In this document: one piece after another, positions 39,366 to 52,117 of the stretch
Layout: each line of letters starts with the position of its first letter
Numbering within the stretch: position 1 is the first letter of the stretch
Source: Lama glama
Lineage: Eukaryota
DNA: 64,000 bases
Reading direction: 5' to 3'
Assembly (NCBI GenBank): GCA_028534125.1
Contig: CM052816.1
Coordinates: 1,612,001-1,676,000 of the forward strand
Made by a program: the position numbers and the translations under genes
The notes under the pieces: generated by a model
The model's database searches: none
What the model saw: only the letters and a program-made list of their open reading frames with translations
What the model was told of the DNA's origin: nothing

Positions 39366-40084
39366 ACAGCAGACAATCCCATCCTTATCTATCAAATAAG
39401 TAAATAAATAAATAAGAGTTGCTTTTAGTGTTGTTATTTCAAAACCATCACATGACAAATCCTCACTTGTTCTTCAATGGGTAAACCGACTAGCTCTTAG
39501 TGGGTTTTTTTTAAACAAGCATGCTTTTGGTTACTGATTCTATTTGAGCATGCACTCCATAATGGTTTGGGACTAGATGTTTCAATTTAACTTAATAATC
39601 CTCTATGCCCGAAGTAAGGCCACTGCCAAGCACATAGTATGGGCTCAACAAATGTCAGATGCTAATAGAAATCATAATAAATAAAAACATATCATAACAC
39701 GGTAAAAGCTATCAGTGGATGATATGCAATTGAAGCCAAGTGAGTGAGGACAGAAGGCTAAGAAAGCAGAGACAGCTGAGAGATCAGGAGAGAGTGGTCC
39801 TGCTCACCCCAACACTGTGGTAAGACATTCCATCCAGGGAGATTTAGGAAGATGCCCGGGAGACTTTTGAGGCTTGCTTGTGAGACAGACAGACCAGCTT
39901 CCCCAGAACTTGTGGTTTATGCTTCCCTGGCAAGGCGATGCTAACTTGAGAGAAGAATCCAACAGAAGGAGAGGAGTCAGGCGCTGCGGTGATGGCTGGT
40001 GTGGCAGGAAGCCAGAGGCCTGAAATGAAAAGCACAAAAGGCATTACAGAGGAAGTACTCAAGTGTTTGGGAAGGGAATTAATT

Positions 40085-40310
40085 ATAACAATGTCTTAAT
40101 GGCTGAAACATTTATTGAGAGAGCAGCATGCTAAGTGCCGCACAGGCATTCCCTGCTTAATCCTCCACGGTCCTGAAAGGGACCTTTTGTTGTTCCAATT
40201 TGATAGATGTAAACTGAACCTCAGAAAGGTTAAGTAACCTGTGCAAGGTTGCACAGCTAGAAAGTGCTGGAGTTAGGTCTGAATCCAGAGCTTGAGTGTT
40301 TCATCCTCAA
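40085..40310 (-). mobile_element. MIR SINE
   Basis: aaactgaacctcagaaaggttaagtaacctgtgcaaggttgcacagctag. Confidence 0.85.
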
Positions 40311-40699
40311 ATTTTTCCTCCTTCTACTTAAATGTCTGAATTTTTATTTAAATTTTCTTTCTTCGTCTGAGAGTATTTCAACTCTATACTCAGCAAACTC
40401 TTTGAAAGTAGAAGCAGGGTCTTGGAATTCTTCAAACTCTTATCAAGGCCTTCCTTAGTAAATACTGATTTATTGATAGAAATATTTGTTATGGCTCGAT
40501 GTTGAAAAAAATCAGATGCTGTACAAACATGGGAGCATCTTTCAGAAAGGATGGCTCAATGCTTGTCTGGTGAAGCCAGCATGCTATCAGCAGGCTGTAT
40601 GTCTCTCCTGGCCCACACAGCAGTGCTGGTTCTTTGTCTGGGACCCTCTTGTCTCACCTCCTCCTCTTCCTGGTTTATTCCCTCCTGTGCTACAGGCTT

Positions 40700-40980
40700 T
40701 GGCATAGATACTGCTTCCTCCATGAAGCCGTCCCTGATTCCCCCTACATTTGGATTAGAAGTTCCCACAGAATCCTGTACTTCTCCCATCACACTGCTTA
40801 CCCCACTGCACTGCAATGATCGGTTCGCTCTGCAGCCTTTCCCAAGTAGATCGTAAGCTTGTTAAGATGAAGGGTTGTTCTCAGCACCCAGCACATGGTA
40901 TGTATTTTTGAATATCTATACACACACACTTACACACCAAATATATGATATACTTGTTGAGTATGTATTTGTTGAAAGAG
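40700..40980 (+). mobile_element. LINE-2 3' end
   Basis: ttcctccatgaagccgtccctgattccc...ctcagcacccagcacatgg. Confidence 0.65.
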
Positions 40981-41326
40981 ATGCTATGAGAGCTCTCCTA
41001 CCTCACCCCAAATCAATGTCAAAATGCCCCAAATCTCCAAGGCACAGAGGAGGAGCAGTGAACACGAATTCCCCTGCTTCACAGTTTTGCCTAAACCAGG
41101 ACTGCTGTTCTCTCAGGACACACCAAGGAGGACAAGAGCCAGAGGGAAGCTGGAAAAGGTCAACGAGGTTTCTGCCTTCATCTACAAGACAGCCCCAGTT
41201 ACCCAGGTTTTGTGACTTTGCCAAGTTCCACATCCTCTCAAAGTATAGGTGAGGAAGTGGCAAACCATTCCACCTCCCTCCAGGGATTGCTGTAAAGATT
41301 CGCTAAGCTGTGAAATAGTCAGCTTA

Positions 41327-41491
41327 AGGGAGAGGGTATAGCTTGGTGGTAGAGTGCATGCCGAGCATGCACGAGGTCCTGGGTTCAATCCCCAGGGTCT
41401 CCACTTAAATAAATAACCAAATTACCTCCCCCCAACAAAAAATAAAATGAAATTTTAAAAAGACAGAATTTAAAAATAAACAAAAAAAAAC
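41327..41491 (+). mobile_element. Vic-1-type camelid SINE inserted in a MIR (about 41180-41560)
   Basis: gggtatagcttggtggtagagtgcatg...gtcctgggttcaatcccc (Pol III A/B boxes), A-rich tail, perfect TSD tagtcagctta (41316-41326 / 41492-41502). Confidence 0.95.
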
Positions 41492-42674
41492 TAGTCAGCT
41501 TAGTGTCTGGCACACAGAGGCTGCCTGGTAAGTGTCAGATGCCATCATTTTATTAGTAACAGCTGGCATTTGGAGTATGAGATTTTCCATTTCTACTTGT
41601 ACGGAGTAACTCTGCCTGAACACTTTAATGTTGTTGGTACGTTATTATGCAATTAATATAGAGAAGCAATATTGCCAGTAACAGCAATTCATTAAATGAG
41701 ATTACAGAGATACTGATGTCTTGGAAGCACAGTCAGATCAGCTGGCCAACCCCAGCTGGTCTAACTGACCACAAGTGTGGCATGAAGCAGCCAGGCTTTG
41801 GCCAGACCAGGGGATCCATCTAAAGCCTCAGATCTCTGGCTCAGCAACAGTTCTCCCTCCTCAGCACCTTTCCAATTCAGTTCACACAGTCGAAAATTAA
41901 GACAAGTTAACAAGAACCATAAAATTTCAATACCAACGAAATGTTCTTAAATTGTACTCAGCCATAAAGCTGTTTACGACAGGAGGGTAGAAAGTTTCCC
42001 TCTAATTTTTTAAGCTGTGAGCAACAACATGCACAAACAATGCAAGCTGTACGTTCAAGAACAAAGTTTGGAATTGTGATAAAAAAAACAATGACAAAGC
42101 GAACCTGACATATTTAATGATATATCTTTTTTATTGTGCTGTGTGGTAATTGGACAAAATGAGACGTTCACATAATGGCTGTAATTATTTAGTCATATTA
42201 CCTTCATGCTGTCAAACCAAACTTTCACAGATTTTCTCTTTCTATTTTGTTTGTTCTTCTGAATTTATAAAAACCCTTCGTGTTGACTATTTTCTCTGAC
42301 ACTGCTGAAGATTTCAGCGGACTCCCCATTGCACAAAGGCATAATTAACCACAAGCACATACACATATGTAGGAAGACAGAGATCTGAGACACGAGTCTC
42401 TTGTGTCCTGAGCTCCTGCATCTGTTGATGCTCCTTCTCTGGCTCAGGGAAATAGCTCCTAGGACCACATGCTTTCCTACCTGTGAGGACTAAACCTTCC
42501 CCTGTTCTTCCCATTCTCTCCTGAGATAAGAGATTCTGGATAAGACTGACACAGTCCCTTTTCCATAGAAGGATCATTAACCTCATTTGGTGATGTTGGC
42601 TGGTCTGACAAGTAGATCCCCAATTCCACAAAGGCTCGAACATGAGAGAAGTGCATTTCTGCTCCCCTAGCAAC

Positions 42675-42975
42675 CCCAGGCAGGTGTCCCTGGCTGGCAT
42701 GAGACTCTGTTCCATCCAGTGATTGGAGGACCCAAGGCTCCTGTCATGTGGTGTCACTGTTTCCTAGAGCTTTGCCTTCGTTTTCTGTACTCAGCTGGCA
42801 GAAGGGAAGAGCATGGACAAGATTTCCCTACTCCTTAAAAACCTTAGCCCTGACACTGCACCATCACTGTCATTAGAACTCGGTCACAGAATCATACACC
42901 CAACCTCATGGCAGGACTCAGAAATCAGGTCAAGCTGTTTACTCAGGAAAAGAAACAGGTTTTGATGTACAGTTT
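42675..42975 (-). mobile_element. MLT1J-like LTR fragment
   Basis: ggacccaaggctcctgtcatgtgg...cagctggcagaagggaagagcatgg. Confidence 0.55.
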
Positions 42976-43099
42976 ACCCTTCCTGAAATCAGTGTGGAAA
43001 TGGGGAGGTAGAGTTGGCAAACCAGATGCAGAATGCAGGGATGGGTTGGGGGGGAACGAGATGGCACAGGAAGGGAAACCAAACAAAACAAGAAGCTAG

Positions 43100-43400
43100 A
43101 AGGCTCATACTGGGACAACTGGGAAAATTGGAATTTTGTCTGTGTAACAGTATTGTATTAATGCTAAATTTCCCAACGGTGACACTTATGTTGTGATTAT
43201 GGAGGAGAATGACCTTATTCTTAGGTAAAAGCTGCCGAAATACTCAGGGGTGAAGTACCATTGATGGCTTCAACTTATTCTCAGATGCTCCTTCAAGTGC
43301 ACATAGACATACAGGGAGAGAGAAAGAGAGAGAGAAAAGAGAGGAAATGTGCTTAAATGTTAACGATCCATGAATCCTGATGAAGCCTATTCAAGGAGCA
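43100..43400 (+). mobile_element. L1MC/ME-like 3' fragment
   Basis: gtattgtattaatgctaaatttcc...gtgattatggaggagaatgaccttattcttagg. Confidence 0.7.
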
Positions 43401-45050
43401 AAGGCCCGTAGGTATGACGTAGCCCAGGTAGGACACAGAATGCTGAAAACAGGACGCGGGCTTGGGTTGCTGGAGTATAAACTGCCCAGCAGCGAGGGCA
43501 GGAGATGAGCCCAGAGACAGGTCAAGATCATGACAGGGCCTGTATGGAGTGAGTTTTGACTCTATCCTGCAGCCAATAAGGACCCATTTAAGGGCAAGCA
43601 CAGATAGATCTGGTGGGTCTTTTAGGTAGAATGTGCTCAAGGAAGATTTAAGGGGAACAATTCTGGATGAAAGAGATGCAATTTCATTCACTTAACAATT
43701 TTAGGTGCCAGCCCTGTGTTAGAGGTTATAGATATGCAGCATTGGGGTACATTGGATACGTGGAACGGCAAAATCAGACTTGGTTCCTGCCTTCTTGGAG
43801 GGTAGGGTCTAGTGAGTGGAGATATACATCACGTAATTATGAGAACAAGTGTAACATTACAGCTGTGACAGGAGTTAGGAAGAAGACACTGGAGATCCCC
43901 AAGGGATTTGTGATGGCTGCATTTGCTTTGGTCAGGGACGGCAGCATCTCTGAGAAAGTGGTGTTCAAGCTAAGACTCATAGGATGAAAGGGAGTTATTT
44001 AGGGAAGACCATTATCTAGCAGAGGAAACAGTATGAATAAAGAGGCTTTTTGGTCAAAAGGAGCATGACATAGTTGACTAAAAGGAGACCAGCGTGGCCA
44101 GGAGGCAGTGCATGAAAAGACTATGCATGATGAGGTTGGATGGACAAACAGGGACCAGTCACTGCAGTGACTTCTACGCTGTGTTAATGGACTGTGGCCT
44201 TTATCCCATGTGCTTTGGGAAGCCATTCAGAGCACAGAAGTGTGCGTGCTCAGGGCAGGGGGAGAGACATGATCCCTGCAGCTGCACAGTGGAGAATGGG
44301 TTATGCTATAAACTTCAGGAGACCAGTTAGGAGACTGCTGCCCCATCCCAAGAAAGATAAGAGATGGAGAAGGAATGAGGTCAAGAAATCCTTAGATCAC
44401 AAAATGGGTATAATTTGGTGTTTGGTGTTTGATTTGCAGTGCCAAGGTCATGAGGATGAAGTTGACAAGAACTGGCCAGGTGATGGTGTCATCAAGGGAG
44501 AGAGGAAACTGAAGAGGGAGCAGTTCATGAGGACCATGGGGCATTCAGACAGGTTGAGTTTGGGGTGCCAGGGGGAGCTGTCTAGCAGAGGATTAGATAA
44601 ATGAGTCTGGAATTTACGAAGCAGTGACTTGTGAGCATTCAACGCTTAGCTTTAGATTGAGGAGATGTCAGAGCTAAAAACACATTATCACTTAAGGTTT
44701 GAGGAAATGGAGCCCATTTCAGAGACAGGGAAGCAAAGATCAGAGAGAGGCAAAAATAACCGGGAGATTATGGTGTAACAACAAGAAGCCAAGGGGTAGG
44801 AAGGTTCAGGAATTGTCAGATGTCCAGCGGGTACCTGGAAAGCAGGAACTGGAGAACACCCAGGACTGTGGTAGTTAAGAATATCACTGGGCACCTCACC
44901 CTCAATGACAACAGCTTCAGCAGAGTGATGGGGCTGAAGACAGAAACCAGCAAAGCGAGGGAACAGGAAAGAGACAGTGGACATAAATCACAGACAGAGA
45001 GCTACAGAGATTTGACAGTGGCCCTGGGGATTTGGGGTCTCGACTAGGGG
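43400..45050 (-). mobile_element. LINE-2 (long antisense fragments)
   Basis: tttcattcacttaacaa (3' end), ggttcctgccttcttggagggtagggtctagtg, ggagaccagttaggagactgctg. Confidence 0.8.
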
Positions 45051-45394
45051 CACTTTATTTTATTACTCATCCATCATACTTATGTTGAATGTATCTGACG
45101 TGTCAATCATGAAGTAGATACACAAAAAACTAAGGCAGTTCCTTGCCCTCAAGAAGCATGTGTGCTGAGTGATTTTCCAACTCCTCCACAGAACTCTGGG
45201 TTTTGAGGACACCACCAGGGGAGGGCACCAGAGAAAAGGCTGAGCTGGTGGACCCCGTGGCTCGCATCCCTCCCCATATCACCCGGTATCTTTTTCATGG
45301 GAACCTACATTTAAAACATTCTTTATAAAAATGTGCTGTTTCGCTAAGGGGAAAAGTTTATAAAGCTGTGCTCTAGGGGATACAGCATTCCAGA

Positions 45395-45525
45395 CCAGGG
45401 GTTAGCAAACATTCTCTGCTGGTGCAGAGTGAAAACAGCTGTAGACAGTAGGAATGGGCATGGCTCTGTTCCAATAAAACTTTATTTACCAAACAGCAGG
45501 CACATGGCAGTTTGTTGATCCCTGT
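45395..45525. mobile_element. MER58-like DNA transposon (internally deleted)
   Basis: caggggttagcaaac...tgttccaataaaactttatttac...tttgttgatccctg. Confidence 0.75.
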
Positions 45526-46769
45526 TCAAGATGTTGACGAAATGCAGCAGTACTTTTTTGCCTATAAGACATAGGCTGTCATAAAAGGGTGACTATGTTC
45601 TGGCTTCTCTCAGTTTTGCTAGTTTCTGGCATTCTCTGACTTTGATGTTTGACCAACTGGAGGTCATCCCCCCACTGAAGACTGCTAAAATTAGTCTTTT
45701 TCGCAAACCTGCATCCCCTGCCCCATATTTATCTTCTTGATCCACTGTCCATTTTATTTTTCCTCTCAATTTAAAAGAAGGAAGTCAAAAAATATATATA
45801 TCATCCCTCAAACCAAGCAGAAACAACCTTTAAAAATGTTGGCTGAAGACACACTGCCCCCATCAAAACACAATACTCATGGAATGAGTTTTCATTAACG
45901 GTACTTTGGGGAAACATCAGCCTTGAGAATTCTGATACGATCAGCCCCACATCACACAAGAAATCAGTAAACAGCAAAACAGGGCTCGGCGGGCCGGGCC
46001 CTGCCCAGAAGGGAGGCTGCCAGCTGCCTGGAAAAGGAATTGGCGGCATTTAGGAAATCTCAGATCAGAGCCCAGTTGGACGCTCTCTGGAACCCAGTAA
46101 TAAAATGACAAAAGGCCAGGGGAAGGAGACCTTCCATATGCAGGGCGGAAACACTCTGTTGCCTTGACCTGGAAAGTAGAAGAAGGGAGAGCACAGGGGA
46201 GAGATGGAAACCAGGAATGAGGCTGACCAGCATGAAGGCCTGCTGGCCTGGCTTGGACGGCTGCACAGGCCCGGGGGATGGGGACCCTTGTCCCCAGCAT
46301 CATCCGGGCTGACCTGGTGTTGATGACTCATATTCCTCAGGCGGAATTTCTCTAGGAATGCCTTGACAGAATGCTTTGATAAAGTGATAAATGCAAACAA
46401 ACAAACAAAAAACAATCCAATCTGTTTAGAAACAAAAGCTGAGTGATGAGAGTGCCAGACCTGTACCACGCACGGTCACGGGGACTGCACTGGGGACAGG
46501 TAGCTTGAGAACTGGCAGGAGGGGAGGGAGTGTTGATACAGGGAGATAATCTTGGAGCAGAGGTCAAAGGCTGCAGTAGTGTGTAGCTGGACCAGCCAGG
46601 GGGCAGGTAAACAGTGGACGGGATGGAGGAGAAGGGTGGGAGATAGAAGAGATGATGTGGCACAAAGACACTTTTTGTTCCCTCTGGGCCACAGAAAGCA
46701 GGAAAGAGGCCTGCAAAGTCACACTCAACTCAGGCCCCATTACCACCATGCCCAGTGACTCCCCTACTT

Positions 46770-46905
46770 TTAATACAACACGAAATATCTCCAGTATTAT
46801 TAAAATGGCAGATTCCCACCCACACTCCCAGAGGCTGATTCAGGATGGAGCCCCAGAATCTTCCCTCTTTACGCATACCACTGGCAATTCTGGAAAACCA
46901 CTGCC
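46770..46905. mobile_element. MER5-like fragment
   Basis: taaaatggcagattcccacccacactcccagaggctgattcagg. Confidence 0.6.
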
Positions 46906-47069
46906 TTTCAGAGTGTGACAACAGTGTTCGGCATCAGTCCTTATATCACACGACATTTCCTTTTGTTCACTGAGCAAAGGTGTTCAGGTCTGGGGATGCG
47001 GCATGTGAGGATACCATTGTTAGACTGAAGGGGGAAAACACTGCCTCTGTACAAAAATCTTGTGACTTC

Positions 47070-47255
47070 TAACACGTAATGTTTTATAAAGTTATTTCTC
47101 ATTTGATCCTCCTGATCCAATGAGGTAAGCAGGGCATGAATCATGGGCCCCATTCTACAGACGAGGCACTGAGCCTCCCAGTGACATTTGCCCAAGGTCA
47201 CATGGCTAATAAATGACAGGGCAAGGACGGGAAACTGAACTTTCTGATCCCTTAT
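47070..47255 (-). mobile_element. MIR SINE
   Basis: cccattctacagacgaggcactgagcc...tttgcccaaggtcacatggcta. Confidence 0.85.
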
Positions 47256-47394
47256 TGTTATCTTTTCTCTCCACCCCACTACTTCTCACTGCCCCACCCT
47301 GAATCCTCATGATTGGCAGATGGAGGCCACAGTTAGCTGACTCAGGTTGCAATAGGTCCCATGACTTATAAACTTACTAATACCATATTTTAAT

Positions 47395-47565
47395 GCAGCA
47401 GTAGGAGATTAGAATCACCAAGGCTTCTTGTTCAAAATAATGATGCCCTGGCTCCAGTCTAAATATGCTCAATCAGGACCTCTTGAGGGACCTGGGAATC
47501 TGCAGTCTTACAAAAAGCACCCACCCCAGGTGATTTTAATGCTAAAATGTCTGTGACCCAATGCA
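47395..47565. mobile_element. MER5-like DNA transposon
   Basis: ttagaatcacc...gggacctgggaatctgcagtctt...ccccaggtgattttaatgc. Confidence 0.7.
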
Positions 47566-50335
47566 CTGAACTAAGCAAAGCAAAGTTCAGAATCAACTCT
47601 CAACAGGGCTCACTACTTAGGGAATAGATTCCTCGGCATTTAGATTCTGCCCCTGCTTCCATCCCCAACCTCAGTTCTGCATTTTCCCATTGTTTTGTTC
47701 ATTAGCAGCATCTCTTAAGGGAAGAGAGAGGTAACATAATTTGAGTTCGTCTTTCCATTTGGAAGTGCCTCTGACGGTTTTTATACAAGATCGAAATTCT
47801 CTCCCCTACTCCCCGAATCATGTACAGTCTGTCAGAAACCTTAGAGGGTTAAGGATATGGTTTTAAAGGCCGATTAAAAAAAAAAAAAAAAACCTTGACT
47901 CTGACAAACTGCAGTAGATGCTTCACACACACACCTGGCGTGATTGTTCATTCTGTGAGTGTTCTGCATGGAAAAGATCAACCTGCTCTCAAAATAGAAC
48001 CGAGTGATACAAAGGAATCTGCAATAGCCTCACGTATTTGTACACAATGCGGTGTAGCTTCTGGTATTTTTATTACCAATCAAAAGAAGCTTGTCACAGC
48101 CAGCCATCTGCTTGAGTCACTGCCCGGCTGCACTGGCCGTGGCTTTGCAGAAGGAACACTGAAATCAAAGCCCAGACTCGTGGAAAAGTCACAGAGCAGG
48201 GAGCCGACAGGGCTCCGCGAGTGACACTCTTCAGTGTCCTGAAGGACCCAGACGCATTCTACGTCAGGAAAACTCACCTACACGCTTGGATTCTTAAAGA
48301 GAACAAGCGGTTATGACATCAGGTGGAAGCCATTATATTTGTTCTCATGGAAATGTTCAATATTTCAAAGTGGTCTCTGCCGTCCCATTAAAATTAAAAA
48401 CCTTTCTCCCCTTGCTGTGTTTTCCACATTTTAATACCAGCTTCTGAAAGAGAAAACATGAGTGAGCTGGCATGGCGTTTTTCTCCAGAGAGCCCAAGAA
48501 ATCCTGACTCTGATTACTGGCCTTACATCCAAGAAATCAACTTATTTTTTTTCCTATTTTTTTTAAATCAAGGTACAAAATCTTTTTATGCTGACAGAAA
48601 ATTTTCTGAGTCTGAGATTATTGTTGGACTACAAAGTTAATAAAATGTTTTAAACTCTTTGTGCCACACCTGATCCTGACCCTGGAGGTTTAGGGAGCAG
48701 AAAGCAAAGACTTGCCATGCCAAGGGCTCGCCTCTTACACTCTGCACCAATGGAAGATCTACAGCCTAAAATAAAGGCTGTAAGAAAACAGGATATTTAA
48801 AAAATTGTAATTCAACAAGCAACAAGGCTAAAGGTATTTGGAGTTGAGGAATCCTTGGAGAAAATAGATTAGGAAAAATTATTTTGATATCTCACAACAA
48901 AGATGAGTGGGTACCTCCCTGACCCCTGCCAGTGCCCCAGTTAATAAGAGGTGCGGTTTTGATGGGTAAAGAGAAAGAACAAATGGCTTACTGGGGATAA
49001 GAATGTAGTCAAGCTTTTGCAAAATACCCAGTCTGCCACAGAGCACAGTGATGATCTCAGAGTGTCCTTAATCCATCCTGTAAATGTTACGTGGCATTCG
49101 TGCTAGATAAATCAAGGGCAAAATAGGTTGGGGGGGGAGGGGTGTAACAGCTACTTCTCTAGAAAACGATCCCAGATTTGTGGGAGGAGGTCAGCGACTA
49201 AGCAGAGGGTTGGCCTACATCAGAGAAATGGCCAGCCCTGCATGTGAAAACACACCACTGACAGAACCTGTTCCCCATCCAACCTGGAGCCAGCCACAGA
49301 GCAAAAACTGGTGGCCAGGCCAAGACCAGCAACAGTAGCTGCAGCTTCCTGTGCGTCTCCAGACACCAGGGAGTGGTGGGAGTGCTTCACATCTGTGTGG
49401 CCGTGTCCCTGAAACCTTCGTACAGCCAGAGAAGTTTCCTATTTGTCTCTTTTCCTTTTGCAGAAGGACTCCAAAGTCTGCTTCAAGCTAACAGCCAGAT
49501 TTAATCATTTATTATTATCATCAGCACGATGATGATTTCTTTGAGGTAATCATCAAGATGCAAAAGATAAGAAGTGCAGAACATCAATTGTGTAATTTTA
49601 ATTGTTTCAAAGGACAAGGAAATAAATGTCAGGTCCAGCAAGGTCATGTGCTCCTGCAGCAAACAGTTGTCTCCACAAGCCTCCTTTGATGTATTGAAAC
49701 TGAAGTAGCTTGTTAAGGCCTTTCATTTACAGAGGGGACTCAGCATTAGATAGTTTAGAGTCTAATGCAAGCCCCCTAGGCATTAGTCACTCTTCCTGGG
49801 TAATCATCTAAAAATGGGGACGGCCTTTCCAGCTACTCTTTGTAGTTGAAAATGTGATGAGAGAGGTGCCTCCTAATGTCCATTTCATAGGCTTTCTCTG
49901 GCACTATTTCTTTTCTCCTCCGAACTCTCCTATTTTGATGGAATAGTATTAAAGGTTAAGAAAATTGGACTATGTAATCTGACTTGCAGCTTAGTCAAGA
50001 TTTTCAGGTACTGTGTAAACAGAAGACAAAAATAAAGACTCAGACAAACATAAAAGAGTGAGTTTTTATAGACATACAGGGATGAAACCTCAAGAAAGTG
50101 CAAGAGGAATGCTTATGGGCTCAAGCGGAACCAGCGAGTGGAAAGCCATTGGACACGAGGGTTACTGTCTCTGGAATGTCACATTCTCTGATGTCTGTAC
50201 CCATCTGCAATGGATTCTTCCTTTTCCCTTGATCAGATTTTTTTCACAGGCCGTAGCCAGAGATGGCTGCTCCACAGCCCTCCAGTTTAGGGACCCAGCA
50301 GAGACTGCCTAGTGCCTCTCAGGACCAATTCCCCA

Positions 50336-50835
50336 NNNNNNNNNNNNNNNNNNNNNNNNNNNNNNNNNNNNNNNNNNNNNNNNNNNNNNNNNNNNNNNNN
50401 NNNNNNNNNNNNNNNNNNNNNNNNNNNNNNNNNNNNNNNNNNNNNNNNNNNNNNNNNNNNNNNNNNNNNNNNNNNNNNNNNNNNNNNNNNNNNNNNNNNN
50501 NNNNNNNNNNNNNNNNNNNNNNNNNNNNNNNNNNNNNNNNNNNNNNNNNNNNNNNNNNNNNNNNNNNNNNNNNNNNNNNNNNNNNNNNNNNNNNNNNNNN
50601 NNNNNNNNNNNNNNNNNNNNNNNNNNNNNNNNNNNNNNNNNNNNNNNNNNNNNNNNNNNNNNNNNNNNNNNNNNNNNNNNNNNNNNNNNNNNNNNNNNNN
50701 NNNNNNNNNNNNNNNNNNNNNNNNNNNNNNNNNNNNNNNNNNNNNNNNNNNNNNNNNNNNNNNNNNNNNNNNNNNNNNNNNNNNNNNNNNNNNNNNNNNN
50801 NNNNNNNNNNNNNNNNNNNNNNNNNNNNNNNNNNN
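50336..50835. other. Assembly gap (500 N)
   Basis: Run of N. Confidence 1.
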
Positions 50836-50949
50836 GGGGGGGCTTCTTCCCCAGGAGGTGTATATAAATCAGAGATGAAGGAAAACTGCACAGAAAATAG
50901 AAGTTTTTCTCGTTTTGACTATAAAATTGGATCTCTTGTATTTCACATG

Positions 50950-52051
50950 TTGTGAGATTCAGTCTTCTAGTGTTTTGTTGAAGATTCTTATACCCATATT
51001 TGTAGAAGATGTTAGTCTCTTGTTTTCTTTTCCTGTGATGTCTTTGGTATCAGGGTAACTCTGGCCTTATAAAATGAGTTGGGAGGTGTTCCCTTCTCTT
51101 CTGCCTTTTGGAAGAGTTTGTGAAGAGTTAGTATTAATTCTTCCTTAAATGTTTGATAGAGTTCAGCAGCAAAACCATCTGGGCATGGGTTTGTCTTTGT
51201 GGGTAGCTTTTTAATTATTAACTTAATCTCTTCCCTTGTTACAGTTCTACTGAGAGCGTCTATTTCTTCCTGAGTCCTTCTTAATCATTTGTCTCTTTCC
51301 AGGAATTTGTCCATTTTTTTGAGTTATCTAATTTATTGGTATGCAATTGTTCACAGCATTCCTTTATAATCCTTTTTATTTCTGTAAGCTTGGTAATAAT
51401 TTCTTCTTATTTCTGATTCTAGTAATCTTTGTTTTTGTTTTTTCCTGGGTCAATCTAGCTAAAAGTGTATCAATTTTGTCATTGTTTTTGAAGCTTTTAG
51501 TTTCGTTGATTTTCTGTATTGTTTTTCTATTCTCTATTTTGTTCTAATGTTTAATTTTTTCTTCCTTCTGCTTTCTTAAGGTTTGCTCTTCTTTCTTGCA
51601 GTGTCCTAGGTTAAAAAATGAGGTTATTGATTTGAGATTTTTCTTCTCTCGGTATAGGATAGGCATTTATAGCTGTAACTTTCCCTCTAAGCAATGCTTT
51701 ACCTACAGCTCATAAATTTTTGGTGTGGTATGTCTTCATTTTCATTCATCTCAAAGTATTTTTTGATTTTTCCATTTAACTTTTTTCTTTGACCCACTGG
51801 TTAGGAGTCTGTTGTTAAATTTCCACATATTTATGAGTTTTCCATATTTTTTCTATTTGAGTTCTATTTTCATATGGCATATGGTCTGTCCTGAAAATGT
51901 TCCCTGTACACTTGAGAAGAATATATACTCTTTTGTTGCTGGGTGCAGTGTTCTATTGTGCCTGTTATGTCTAGATGGCTCAGTGTGTTTTTCAAGTCTT
52001 CTATTTCCTTCTTGATCTTCTGCATAACTGTTCTATTCATTATTGAAAGTG
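50950..52051 (-). mobile_element. Old L1M ORF2 fragment (antisense), left of the insert
   Basis: ctggccttataaaatgagttgggag; minus-strand peptide KIKKEIEDLKNTLSHLDIT typical of L1 ORF2 just after the endonuclease start. Confidence 0.9.
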
Positions 52052-52117
52052 AAACATTTCTGTATATTATTAACCAGCAATACACTAGATACACAGTAGG
52101 TTGTACAACTGTCTTTT

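Noticed and set aside
41327..41400. tRNA gene
   Set aside because: tRNA-like head is followed by SINE body, A-tail and TSD; it is a SINE
42314..42757. 147-aa minus-strand ORF
   Set aside because: Partly overlaps an MLT1 fragment; no protein similarity recognised
46591..46609. CTCF-like motif (cagccagggggcag); similar at about 59507-59521
   Set aside because: Two mismatches in the 5' core; expected by chance in 64 kb
49950..50335. Possible LTR fragment next to the gap
   Set aside because: LTR-like composition but no consensus I can match confidently; truncated by N
50263..50955. ORFs of 188-230 aa
   Set aside because: Artefacts of the second N gap
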